This document shows, piece after piece, positions 54,706 to 63,164 of a stretch of DNA of 64,000 nucleotides. Origin of the DNA: Octopus sinensis (Eukaryota); the NCBI RefSeq assembly GCF_006345805.1, contig NC_043014.1, forward strand, positions 37,572,001-37,636,000, given 5' to 3'. Position numbers and translations under genes: made by a program. The notes under the pieces are model-generated. The model did no database searches, was not told where the DNA came from, and was given only the letters and a program-made list of their open reading frames with translations. The stretch's first letter is position 1; each line of letters starts with the position of its first letter.

Positions 54706-54874
54706 TATATATATACATTTACATAAATAATTTAACATTAAATTAACGCATTACTCAGTACTCCTTGCAGAGTACATATTTATTACTCTTTTATAAGAAA
54801 AGTGTTGACAATGACTTTGACGTGTGTGTGTGTGTTAGTGTGTATGTGTATATATATGTGTGTGTGTGTGTGTG

Positions 54875-54913
<39 letters not shown>

Positions 54914-56556
54914 TGTTCTAAAATGACAATTTAAACTTGTGGTGGGGAACAGATTTGGAATATCCAATGTTTGAAATGTAATAATCTGAAAGGCTTATTA
55001 TTTATCTTCCTTCATAAATCATTATGTATCAAATAAACAAATAAATAAATGAATAAATAAATTTCAGAGATGGGTCACGTTTAAAAAGTTCCGCACTCAA
55101 TTGATATAAGGGCTGTAATCTGGCACTAGGAAAACTATAAATTCATGGCGTGATATAAAATAAAATGGTGTGGAATTACTGAAACATTATACAACCCCAG
55201 TGTGGCTTTGCTACACAGTCAGTTCAAAATTATTCTTCGTCTAAGTATGGTTGGTGGTTATCATACTTAATGTATTCATGATAGTATATAATTAAATCTT
55301 CGGGGCGGAGTTCTTATTAAACTAATTAAAAACATACTTGAATATTAACCTCATTTTTTTTTTCTTTGTATAACAGTGCTCTACTATAGTTCAGTTAATA
55401 CTGAAGTAATTGCTAACACATTTAATGTAGCGAGTGCGATAATTTTAATTAATTGAGGAGAGATAAACGTTAAACGTTACCGAACAATGCTTAAACCTTT
55501 AGAATTCAGGTTATTCTGCCAAATGTCATCATCATGGCTCGGCTTCGCGAACGAAGATCAGGAAGGCTGTCCACTTCGCGTGCATGTAGGCTCATGACTG
55601 ACAAGTCCGATATGGGAAAGGCAGGTCCGTGAGCAGTGTCCACAGACGAAGGTAACATCCAGTGCGGTGTCAGAGGCGGCTCGTGCCTTCCTCCTGCGTC
55701 TCTTGTCTTTAACCCTTTCGTTACCAACCCGGCTGAAACCGGCTCTGGCTCTTTAATACAAATGTCTGGTTTTCAAAAGTTCTGAATTAAAACCTTCCAC
55801 CAAACCTTAGTCACAATTTATGTCCCTAACTCTAGCTTAATGATAACGATGTTATTTTACTTAATTCTTTGTTATATTTAACATAATTGGAAGAAACACT
55901 GAGCATCTCAAAATAAATTCAGTAACGAAAGGGTTAAGTGCATCTCTTCTTTGGTCCTCAAACTTGCTGACTGCGTTGAAGATTATGTGGCGCCAGACAT
56001 CATGGTCCGCAGCCAGGTCTGACCAGCATTGGTGGTTAATTTGACATGCTGTTAGAGACTTCTTGAGGCAGTCTTTGTAGCGCTTTCTCAGAGCTCCTCT
56101 CACTCAGTGGCTGGTGGAGAGTTCTCCAAACAGGGCAATCTTTATTTATTTATATTATTTTGAATTAATCATGCATTATCTAGTAACTTTGAGATTCTGG
56201 TGATGTGGTTGTTTATTTTTTAGAATGACATTGTAGGATAGGTATGAGAGGTTGGATCTGGCTGTTTTGAACATAAAAGAAGTTGAATATTTTAGCTGGA
56301 TATGGCCAGTTTAAACCTTTTGTTACCTTATTTATTTTGACATGCTCTGTGTTTCTTTCAATTAACTTTAAATATAAGAAAGAATTTAGGGAAATAAATT
56401 AGTTATGCTCACGGGCATATAGCATAGTGGTTAAGAGCGCAGGCTACTAACCTCAAGATTCCGAGTTTGATTCCAAGCAGTGACCTGAATAATAATAATA
56501 ATAATAATGATAATAATAATAATAATAATATAATAATAATAATAATGATAATGATG

Positions 56557-56605
<49 letters not shown>

Positions 56606-57797
56606 ATGCCCTGATGCAGTACCAAGCAGTGGCTCTCATGGCTTCTGATCTTAACTGATTGGAAGTGTTATCATGTACATTGTTTTGTCTTGGTATAAAA
56701 AATGGGCTACAGCAAATATTCTGCTCAATACCACAGATTTGCTTGTCAGTTGTTTGACCTTAACCAGTTGAGCATGTCCATTAGTGGCTGACGATATGTG
56801 CATCTCTGATCACGAGCAGAAGTAGTGGGGGAGCATCATAGCCGTGTGTTGAGAAGGATTCTTTGGGGTTTGAATAATTCACCTCTGGAAACATGGCTGT
56901 TTCGTTCAACATCCTTAAACAACCCTTATTCAAGGAACTTTTGAGCAGGATGGGCTACTCGACCAGAAGAAAATTCTAACTGGGCCCCACCTGCAAGGTC
57001 ATGTGCTGTTTATCTTGACATTAGATCACTATGTCACGCACATATGGTTGTGATGCATGTGCCTGGTGTATCCTTATCAGACATGTAGTCAAGATGGGTA
57101 TATTGTGCTGAATTTCAGTTAAAATAAAGAAAGAGTTTTACCCACCATTTCTAGTGTAGTTTTATGTAAACAATAATAACACTGGATGGTTGAAAAAAGG
57201 GAAGGATCCTTTAAAAAAATCCTCAAATTTAAATTCTCATGTATTTATAGGTGAAAGAGTGGCTGTGTGGTAAGTAGCTTGCTTACCAACCACATGGTTC
57301 CAGGTTCTCATCCCACTGTGTGGCACCTTGGGCAAGTGTCTTCTACTATAGCCTTGAGCCGACCAAAGCCTTGTGAGTGGATTTGGTTGGCAGAAACTGA
57401 AAGAAGCCTGACGTATATATATAAATATATGTGTGTATGTGTGTATGTTTGTGTGTCTGTGTTTGTTCCCCCACCATTGCTTGACAACCGATGTTGGTAT
57501 GTTTACATCCCTGTAACTTAGCGATTTAGCAAAAGAGACCGATAGTATAAGTACTAGGCTTACAAAGAATAAGTCCTGGGGCCGATTTGTTTGACTAAAG
57601 GTGGTGCTCAAGCATGACTGCAGACTATTGACTGAAACAAATAAAAGAATAAAAGAATATAAGAATTATGTAAAAAATAAACCGAAATCTTAAGTTGATT
57701 TTTCTATGTTCTCTTTCAGAAACTGAAGCAAATGGAATTAGAATCAAGTACAGTACTTTTGAAAACAACTTACCAATCTAGTCTGAATAATCGCTAA
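2467..57797 (+). CDS. CCDC66: CCDC66-like coiled-coil centrosomal/ciliary protein, 3' portion (12 exons, 2118 nt incl. stop); 5' exons lie upstream of the window
   Basis: Manually found GT-AG exons join with matching phases (0-1-2-0-0-1-1-1-1-1-0-0-stop) and no internal stop. Recalled similarity to vertebrate CCDC66: SHLRG..DP...[11 protein letters not shown] coiled coil, [13 protein letters not shown]|[34 protein letters not shown]|KLKQMELES. Orthology from memory, not from a search. Confidence 0.85.
3948..4056 (+). CDS. CCDC66: exon B ([36 protein letters not shown]), phase 1 to 2
   Basis: Acceptor attctatacag, donor AA|gtatag; open frame, phases match neighbours. Confidence 0.75.
4346..4980 (-). 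mobile_element. composite tRNA/CORE-like SINE plus adjacent partial copy
   Basis: Same family as 9351, 13553, 14571: GGAGTGGCTGTGTGGTAAG head, ACCTTGGGCAAGT, internal (TA)(GT) tract, CAGTCAAATGACTGAAACAAGT tail. Confidence 0.85.
5165..5710 (-). mobile_element. SINE with (GAT)n tail and about 62-bp tandem monomers
   Basis: (CAT)n-GTTTAAYGTCYG..CTGGATGCCCTTCCTAACGCCAACC followed by GGTGCTTTTTATGTGCCAC repeats; related copies at 16890 and 22430. Confidence 0.8.
7065..7455 (-). mobile_element. composite tRNA/CORE-like SINE
   Basis: Family consensus match. Confidence 0.8.
7525..7615 (+). CDS. CCDC66: exon C ([31 protein letters not shown]), phase 2 to 0
   Basis: Acceptor tcttcattcag, donor ATG|gtaatt; start of CCDC66-like coiled coil. 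Confidence 0.88.
7861..8357. mobile_element. Tigger/pogo-like MITE split by a SINE and microsatellites
   Basis: TA|CAGTAGTACCTC...GAGGTACTACTG|TA; extra solo TIR at about 7777-7802. Confidence 0.65.
9351..9760 (+). mobile_element. composite tRNA/CORE-like SINE
   Basis: Full head-to-tail match to the other copies. Confidence 0.88.
10640..11410 (-). mobile_element. head-to-tail array of four SINE units (Nin-like domain)
   Basis: CGACCCCGAAAGGATG at 10650, 10874, 11098 (224-bp period); only the last unit has the full head. Confidence 0.9.
11725..12153 (-). mobile_element. composite tRNA/CORE-like SINE
   Basis: Family consensus match. Confidence 0.88.
12450..12865. mobile_element. Merlin-like MITE
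   Basis: TIR GGATCTTTT(C/T)GGTTTGAACGGCAG; 8-bp TSD GATTTTTC on both sides. Confidence 0.82.
13275..13436 (+). CDS. CCDC66: exon D ([54 protein letters not shown]), phase 0 to 0
   Basis: Acceptor ttttgatgccag, donor AAG|gtgagt; 162 nt E/K/Q-rich coiled coil. Confidence 0.9.
13553..13972 (+). mobile_element. composite tRNA/CORE-like SINE
   Basis: Family consensus match. Confidence 0.88.
14571..14972 (+). mobile_element. composite tRNA/CORE-like SINE
   Basis: Family consensus match. Confidence 0.88.
15684..16083 (-). mobile_element. composite tRNA/CORE-like SINE
   Basis: Family consensus match. Confidence 0.88.
16553..16697 (+). CDS. CCDC66: exon E ([48 protein letters not shown]), phase 0 to 1
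   Basis: Acceptor ttttctactgtag, donor A|gttagt; GHDT motif as recalled in CCDC66. Confidence 0.9.
16890..17290 (-). mobile_element. same SINE family with about 61-bp monomers
   Basis: As for 5165-5710. Confidence 0.8.
18401..18571 (+). CDS. CCDC66: exon F ([17 protein letters not shown]...SLNGVSQT), symmetric phase 1-1
   Basis: Acceptor ttttcttacag, donor CTG|gtaaga; 171 nt open frame. Confidence 0.85.
18793..19062 (+). repeat. 54-bp minisatellite x5 derived from a SINE central domain
   Basis: TTTCATCCC at 18793, 18847, 18901, 18955, 19009. Confidence 0.92.
20755..21570 (-). mobile_element. R4/Dong-like non-LTR retrotransposon 3' fragment (zinc knuckle + restriction-like endonuclease), frameshifted
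   Basis: [44 protein letters not shown]; [18 protein letters not shown]; [14 protein letters not shown]; ends in (TAA)n. Confidence 0.88.
21880..22044 (+). CDS. CCDC66: exon G ([17 protein letters not shown]...YLNCAVQT), symmetric phase 1-1, paralogous to exon F
   Basis: Acceptor ctttacttatag, donor CAG|gtaagg; 165 nt open frame. Confidence 0.85.
22430..22870 (-). mobile_element. same SINE family with about 62-bp monomers
   Basis: As for 5165-5710. Confidence 0.8.
22944..23077 (+). ncRNA. hammerhead motif with 91-nt loop II
   Basis: CTGACGA-GGCCTATGGT...ACCATAGGCT-GAAAC-AGCT-GTA; 10-bp helix II, weak helix I. Confidence 0.65.
23921..24160 (+). CDS. CCDC66: exon H ([36 protein letters not shown]...GLQSIT), phase 1-1
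   Basis: Acceptor tctgtgtatgattag, donor CTG|gtatgt; 240 nt open frame. Confidence 0.8.
25120..25202 (-). ncRNA. hammerhead motif with intact core and GUC site
   Basis: Minus strand: CTTTC-CTGATGA-GAAGGC...GTCTTT-GAAAC-ATAT-GTC-GAGAG. Confidence 0.75.
25487..25828. repeat. foldback palindrome / MITE-like, TA-flanked; partial copy at about 24455-24560
   Basis: TATAGGTTAGTAAATTTTTACAAATTTC...GAAATTTGTAAAAATTTACTAACCTATA. Confidence 0.85.
26166..26268 (+). ncRNA. hammerhead motif with long degenerate helix II
   Basis: CACC-CTGATGA-TTTTC...GAAAT-GAAAC-AATT-GTA-GGTG. Confidence 0.65.
27533..28003 (+). CDS. CCDC66: exon I ([17 protein letters not shown]...[21 protein letters not shown]), phase 1-1
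   Basis: Acceptor attttaatttag, donor ATGA|gtaaga; 471 nt inside track ORF 27382..28107. Confidence 0.82.
29030..29530. repeat. compound (TCA)/(AGC) trinucleotide array with periodic GTG interruptions
   Basis: Directly visible; produces spurious poly-D/S/M ORFs. Confidence 0.95.
29728..30288 (-). mobile_element. internally deleted mariner (mellifera-like) transposon
   Basis: About 30-bp TIRs TTGGGTTGTYCGGAAAGTTCRTGCCGATTT with TA on both sides; N-terminus [14 protein letters not shown] fused to C-terminal [26 protein letters not shown]. Confidence 0.92.
30673..30904 (-). mobile_element. full-length tRNA-derived SINE (Nin-like domain) with 13-bp TSD
   Basis: AGCATGAATATCT at 30660-30672 and 30905-30917. 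Confidence 0.9.
31175..31552 (-). mobile_element. composite tRNA/CORE-like SINE
   Basis: Family consensus match. Confidence 0.88.
31733..32064 (+). CDS. CCDC66: exon J (NSNVEANKY...[18 protein letters not shown]...SSNMQ), phase 1 to 0
   Basis: Acceptor caattcctcag, donor CAG|gtaggt; FVPFTRT..LDP resembles CCDC66 FIPYVRT..LDP. Confidence 0.9.
32823..32881 (-). ncRNA. hammerhead motif in the 3' segment of a Penelope-like element
   Basis: Minus strand: GAT-CTGACGA-TATG-CCATAAA...TTTATGG-ACGG-GAAAC-CTAAG-GTA-ATC. Confidence 0.7.
33183..33528 (-). mobile_element. SINE dimer with 25-bp TSD inserted in the Penelope-like element
   Basis: AGTACTAGCAAACCCTGGCAATACC at 33158-33182 and 33529-33553. 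Confidence 0.9.
33731..34059 (+). mobile_element. CR1-type LINE 3' end fragment
   Basis: [44 protein letters not shown] then (TAAC)n tail. Confidence 0.8.
35654..35850. repeat. foldback palindrome (about 95-bp arms)
   Basis: ATATACATATTAGAGGGAAACCACTATGTGGACAC...GTGTCCACATAGTGGTTTCCCTCTAATATGTATAT. Confidence 0.88.
36479..36499 (+). CDS. possible 21-nt microexon (AFSDAEK), phase 0-0
   Basis: gtttctattgtgtag|GCATTTTCAGACGCAGAAAAG|gtataa in unique sequence of the 21-kb intron; frame-preserving but could be chance. Confidence 0.2.
37100..37472 (+). mobile_element. degenerate IS630-Tc1-mariner (maT/DD37D-like) transposase C-terminus
   Basis: Across frameshifts: [63 protein letters not shown]. 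Confidence 0.7.
37955..38010. repeat. interstitial (CCCTAA)n telomere-like tract
   Basis: aaccctagccctaaccctagcccctaacccctaacccctaaccctaaccctaaccc directly after a SINE (GAT)n tail. Confidence 0.88.
38642..38693 (-). ncRNA. degenerate hammerhead motif (core CCAATGA)
   Basis: Minus strand: GTCT-CCAATGA-A-GGGATAT...ATATCCT-G-GAAAC-AGCT-GTA-AGAC. Confidence 0.55.
39260..39840. repeat. (CAC)n-rich minisatellite with recurring CCCATCA.TC.G.TATTAAGAACACAAGG spacer
   Basis: Spacer at about 39400, 39520, 39810 and again at 40890. Confidence 0.85.
40633..40732. other. assembly gap (100 N)
   Basis: N run. Confidence 1.
42647..42940 (+). mobile_element. 5' part of a second Helitron-like family (another copy at 44446-44720)
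   Basis: TCTCTTATTATAAAAGGCAGATTTTATCTGCC start; about 270 bp shared with 44446-44720. Confidence 0.6.
43638..43893. repeat. foldback palindrome (about 117-bp arms, about 22-nt loop)
   Basis: TTTCGTCGCTTTGAGACCGCGACCTGTT...AACAGGTCGCGGTCTCAAAGCGACGAAA at the core. Confidence 0.9.
44053..44445 (+). mobile_element. non-autonomous Helitron
   Basis: 5' A|TCTTTATATATAAAAG; 3' CCCG..CGGG hairpin then CTAG|T; homologous to 45987-46620. Confidence 0.8.
45380..45975 (+). mobile_element. mariner 5' half pseudogene, truncated next to a Helitron
   Basis: [53 protein letters not shown] (WVPHEL motif). Confidence 0.85.
45987..46620 (+). mobile_element. non-autonomous Helitron with internal tandem duplications
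   Basis: 5' A|TCTATATATATAAAAC; 3' CCCGAGCAACGCCGGG..CTAG|T; the ctacgatttaaaaaa block occurs three times. Confidence 0.82.
46858..46984 (-). ncRNA. hammerhead motif with 92-nt loop II (core CCGAAGA)
   Basis: Minus strand: ATCT-CCGAAGA-GGCC...GGCC-GAAAC-AGCT-GTA-AGAT. Confidence 0.6.
49785..50755 (-). mobile_element. two adjacent composite SINE copies
   Basis: Family consensus matches at about 49785-50228 and 50320-50755. Confidence 0.82.
51271..51489. mobile_element. piggyBac-type MITE
   Basis: TTAA|CCCTTTAG...CTAAAGGG|TTAA. Confidence 0.75.
53164..53250 (+). CDS. CCDC66: exon K ([29 protein letters not shown]), phase 0-0
   Basis: Acceptor tgtcatgttgcag, donor AAG|gtaaat; resembles CCDC66 QQAILKGLSELRQ. 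Confidence 0.88.
55525..56135 (-). mobile_element. RTE-clade LINE 3' fragment
   Basis: [27 protein letters not shown]; after removing the MITE it continues [29 protein letters not shown]; (ATG)n tail. Confidence 0.82.
55713..55933. mobile_element. piggyBac-type MITE inserted in an RTE LINE
   Basis: TTAA|CCCTTTCGTTAC...GTAACGAAAGGG|TTAA. Confidence 0.82.
56415..56600 (+). mobile_element. short tRNA-like SINE head with (AAT)n tail
   Basis: A-box-like TAGCATAGTGG and B-box-like GTTTGATTCC; no full cloverleaf. Confidence 0.6.
56603..57110 (+). repeat. unclassified about 500-bp interspersed repeat (inverted copy at about 20085-20570)
   Basis: High similarity between the two copies; partial copies near 8560 and 14190. 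Confidence 0.75.
57250..57660 (+). mobile_element. composite tRNA/CORE-like SINE ending 60 bp before the last exon
   Basis: Family consensus match. Confidence 0.82.
57720..57797 (+). CDS. CCDC66: terminal exon ([25 protein letters not shown])
   Basis: Acceptor gttctctttcag, TAA at 57795-57797; resembles CCDC66 LLQKQKELESS. Confidence 0.85.
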   Translation, partial: KLKQMELESSTVLLKTTYQSSLNNR

Positions 57798-57849
57798 ATA
57801 ATTACTTTGTTCTAGAAACATAATGTTCCAAGCATTATCACTTAGTCTT

Positions 57850-59057
57850 GTACATGTAAACACTACAAATGTTGTCATAGCTCTACATTTGTCGTTGCAG
57901 TCTTACATTTGTCAATACTAATGATGTCATCATTGCCTTACATCTGCCAGCACTATTGACATTAATTATGTTGACGGCAAGCGTTAACAGATCTAAGGCT
58001 TTGATGACAGTATCATCAAAGCCTTACATATGTCAATACTATTGACGTCAACATAAAACTCACACCTGTCTACACTTGATATCATCCTAGTCTTACACCT
58101 GTCACTACACTCATCCAGTGTCAACAAGGGGCCTCTATTTGGTCATTTGACTTGCTGAAGATGGCAGCCAAATATCCTTTAGATCACATCCCAGTGCCTT
58201 TAAAAAGTAGATACACATTGGATAATGTACTCCTAGGTATATTTCTAACAAAAAAAAGATAGGATAGTCTAGGCTGGAAGGTAATCTGGAGTGACCTGGG
58301 GTTAAACAGTAACGAGTATTATTGCAGCCTTGCATCAATTAAACACTATAAATGTTATCATAACTTTATATGTCACTATTACAGATGTCATCAAAGCCTT
58401 ACACATGTCTAACAGTTTTACTTCACTGAGATTATAATAGCTTTACATCTGTTAATACTTTAGATGTTATAGTCTTCCATTTGTCAAGGCTACAAATGTC
58501 ATCATCGCCTTGCATCTATTCATATTACAGATGTCATCATTGCCTTGCATCTGTTTGTTAACATTACATTATAGATTCACATTTGTCATTACTACAGAGG
58601 TCATCATTGCTTTGCATCTGTTAACTCTACAGATGTCATTGTACTCTTACATCTGTTAATACTACAGATGCCATCATTGCCCTGCATCTGTTTGTTAACA
58701 TTACAGATGTCATCATAGATTCACATTTGTCATTACTACAGATGTCATCATTGCTTTGTATCTGTTAACTCTACAGATGTCAATGTAGTCTTACATCTGT
58801 TAATACTACAGATGCCATCATTGCCCTGCATCTGTTGGCTAACATTACAGATGTCATCATAGATTCACATTTGTCATTACTACAGATGTCATCATAGCCT
58901 TGAATTTGTTAACATTACAGATGTTACTGTAGTCTTACATCTGTTAATACTACAGATGTCATCATTGCCCTTCATCTGTTAACATTACAGATGTCATCAT
59001 AGACTCACATTTGTCAATACTACAGATGTCATCATAGCTTTATCATAGCTTACTGTA
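57850..59057 (+). repeat. 35-bp hairpin-monomer minisatellite with 144-bp higher-order repeat
   Basis: TACAGATG starts at 58737, 58772, 58807, 58846, 58881; TAGATTCACATTTG at 58572, 58716, 58860 (variant at 59000). Confidence 0.92.
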
Positions 59058-59297
59058 GTTTTTTTTATTTCTTTATTGCCCACAGCGGGGTAAACATAGA
59101 GGGAAAAACAAGGACAGACAAAGGGATTAAGTTGATTACATCGACCCTAGTGCATAACTGGTGCTTATTTAATCGACCCCAAAAGGATGAAAGGCAAAGT
59201 CAACATTGGTGGAATTTGAACTCAGAGAATAACAGCAATCAAAATATGGCTAAGCATTTCGTCTGGCATGCTAACGATTCTGCCAGCTCACTGCTTT
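59058..59297 (-). mobile_element. SINE (Nin-like domain) with 15-bp TSD at the end of the hairpin array
   Basis: TCATAGCTTACTGTA at 59043-59057 and 59298-59312. Confidence 0.85.
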
Positions 59298-61945
59298 TCA
59301 TAGCTTACTGTATTAAGTTTCAGTGACACTCACCCTTGATAACTCTTCCCTTTCATCTCTTGTGGGGAGTCAATAAAATGAACACCATTGTCGATTTATT
59401 TGACCTGGCCATAACCCCTCTGAAACGGACTTTTTAAGTAAGAAAATTATTATTATTGTTACAACTCTTAAGGTGGCAAGCTGACAGATTAGTTAGCACA
59501 TTGGACAGAATGCTGTTGGGCATTTTGTCTGTTTTCATTTTCTGAGTCCAAATTCCACCAAGGTCGGATTTTGGCTTTCATCTTTTTGGAATCTGTAAAA
59601 TAAATACCACTGGGATTAATACAATTACCTAACCCCCACTCCCCGCTTCCCCAAAATTTCAGGCCATGTGCCTATAGTAGAAGGATTATTATTATTATTA
59701 TTACTTATATTGATTGAGACCTTGTATTAATTAACATTATAAAACATCATTAGTATTATAAATAGTCTAACTGCAGTGGAGATGGGGTGAGTTTCTACTT
59801 CTATTTATGGTAAGTACTATATCCCTACCCCATTATTACATGTTGTGTTGGTCTAGTTTGCCACATGTGCATAGTATATTTGCATCTTCCCCTCATATCA
59901 TTATACACTGTGTTGGTTTGATTTATCACATGTATCACCCCAACCTTCATAATATTTATTATACTGACACTGTCCTCTTTCCATCAGTATGTATCCATCA
60001 TCATCATCATTTAAGTCTGCCTTCCATGCTGGCATGGCTTGGATGGTTTGACAGGAGCTGACCAGGTAGAAGACTACACCTGGCTAATTGTGTCTGTTTT
60101 GGCATGGTTTTTACAACTGGATGCCCTTCCTAACACCAACGTGTAATGATGTGTGGGGGAGGTGCAAGTATACTGTGCATAATGACTGGAAGTGATGCAC
60201 ATGTGGCAAACTAGACCAACGCAACATGCAATGATGGGGTAGAGATATAGTACTTATCATAAACAGAAGTGAAAACTCACCCCATCTCCATATGATACAG
60301 CTATTGCAGTTAGATCATCATGTAGCCTTAATTGTCACTTGTGCATTAATTTGTTCTAGCCATCATGTGTACTATACTTATATTTTTTCCATCTCATTGT
60401 TACATATTACATATCCCTAGCAGCTTACATGTGCACTAATTCCCTTCTAGTATCATATGTATGTTATTTACACTTTTGTTTCCCCATCTATTTTCCCCTT
60501 GCACCCCACTATCACTTTCCATAAAAATGTATGCTCCATCAGTGGTTTGGTAGCAAGCTGGGTAAAATGTTTAGTGATATTTTGTCTGTCTTTATGTTGT
60601 GTGTTCAAATTCCACCGAATTTGACTTTACCCTTCATCCTTTTGGGGTCGATAAAATAAGTACGGACTGAGCACTTGGGGGGTTGATATATAATTGACTT
60701 ACCCCCCGTTCTGAACTTGCTGGCCCTGTGCCAAAATTTGAAACCAATATTTTAATACAGTTATTTAATACAAAAGAATCTCCTAGTAACTCTTTTATTA
60801 GGTATTGAGTACAGAATAAAAAGGACATTATTGACTAAAAAAACAAAAAAGGGAATTGCTTTAACGAGAACCTTGTGTCTGGCAACTATGGCACCACACC
60901 CTGCCACAATTTTCCCAGGCCCCAGTGGTGGGGCATATGTCCCACGTTAGGAGTCCCTGATTTACACTTTTCTCTTCCCATTGTTACACATGTATGTAAC
61001 TTCAATAACCACATGTTTATTCATTAGATCTGATCATCATTTGTACCATACTTACATTTCCCCCTTCTCATCATTACATATTATGTAACCTCAGACAGCC
61101 ACATGTGTATTAATTACCTCTAGTCATCACATGTAGTATATACATATACATGTTCAAAAGACTGTCCAAATATTTAGGCTCACAACACACCAACTTCATC
61201 TTGTCTTTTGATGTTTCGGTATCTGTTTCCATGATAACACTTTGCCAAATTAAGATAAATTGCATCTGTCCTAATTGTGGATGACCATCCTTTTTTTTTG
61301 TATATCTAGGACACAATGTCCAATGTGTTCTTCCCTTTTTTTAAAAAATGGTAGAGTATGTTTAAGTGAGATTTTGCTTTGCTGCTATTTCTAGCAGATC
61401 AAGGGACTACATAGAGGCAAATCAGCTGACGGCGGCCTTTCTTTGCCCTCAGCCTGAGTCCTTCTTATACATGTGCCAAACCTACAATGATGGGGTTACT
61501 TTACTGTTCTTTCTGGAGTTTGCTGATCACAGCTCTGCTATCCTTCTCCTTTAAGATATAGATTAAACTTGATTACTGTAATCTATGCACTACAATAATA
61601 CTAGAAAGTTTGATCAGTAAAACAATGAAATAATCTTACAAAAATCTGTCAAACATTATTTAACATTTCACATAAAATTTTATCAACAAAGAATTGAACA
61701 TTTTTATGTATGTAAATATATTTTTTAAAAATTATATACTTTCAATATTGTTTTTTGTTTGTTCTTTTCTTTCTTACTCTTTGAAAATGGTTATTTTTTT
61801 TTTTTGTATTTCGTTTATTTATTTATTTATGTGAAATGTGTAAAAAAGAACATTGAAAATCTTGGGTAAGTGCCTTGGACTGATTAATGCCCTGTGAGTG
61901 GATTTGGTAGATGAAAACTGTGTGGAAGCCTGTTTTGTGTGTGTG

Positions 61946-62056
<111 letters not shown>

Positions 62057-62726
62057 ATGTAAAACTTTCAGACAAAGAGATGGCAAAGAGATGACAAAGG
62101 ACTGAGATATCTGGAGCCTTGCTGTACTCAAGAAGACCCATACTCCACAGCAGCTGTGTCAAGGCTGCTCCCCCTGGTAAAGAGGATCTGCCTGAAAGAC
62201 TCCTGCACTGGTGCCATGTAAAAAGCACTCATGCTAGTGCCATGTAATAGTGCTCATGCAGTGCCACATTAAAAGCACCCAGCACTGTAAAGTGGCTAGC
62301 CTTGGAAGGGCATCAAGCCACAGAAACCAAGCTAAACTGGAACCTGGTGCAGCTCTCCTGCTTGCCAGCTCTGGTCAAACCATCCAACCCATGCCAGCAT
62401 GGAAAACGGACTTAACGTCGATGATACACACACACACACACTCCTGTAGCAGCACAAACAGCCAGCGCGCCATATTGGATGAGATCTCGCGGCAGCCATT
62501 GCTATCACCGAGACTGGAGCGGGACCTCACCTGCATCCATTTGCCATGCGTGAGATCACAATGAGGCTCGCGGTGGAATGATGTAGACAGAAAACCGATT
62601 GCGTCATGTCTTTTCTCTTTGGCACCTTTTTACACAGCAGCATTTGGCTGAACACGAACGCTGGCAGATTTTTCTATCTGTCTATCTCTAGTGGCCTTGA
62701 GCCCACTCTTTCAGAGCTTAAGATGG

Positions 62727-63164
62727 GGATCTTTTCGGTTTGAACGGCAGTTTTTCTAGCGGTGTCATATGAAATTGTTACCCATAATTATGACCCTAGT
62801 ATCGATCTATTGCATTTCAATCTGTTTTAGGGTTAGGGTTAGTTAGGGTTAGAGTTAGGGTTAGGGGTGGGAGAAGGGTAACTTTTTTTCTTCACAAATG
62901 TAAATAAACCCAATCTGTTTCTTAAACGAGGGACATATGCATACAGCACAGACTGGTTTTTACCTCAATAGATGTCAGTGATTGGTTGAAATTGCAGAAA
63001 TTGAAGAAAAAAAAACAACAAATATCTTACAAACTATAGAATCTTCTCAATAAAGCCAAGAGTAAAAGATGTTTTATAAACACATTCTACCAGAATACGA
63101 AGTTTAAAATTTTTTAGTTACCTAGAAATTATGTTAAAAACTGCCGTTTAAACCGAAAAGATCC
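62727..63164. mobile_element. Merlin-like MITE (same family), with TTAGGG run; partial inverted copy at about 63380-63623
   Basis: Same TIR; 8-bp TSD TAAGATGG at 62719-62726 and 63165-63172. Confidence 0.85.

Noticed and set aside
56415-56490. tRNA gene
   Set aside because: Only A/B-box-like head with an (AAT)n tail and no complete cloverleaf; treated as a SINE
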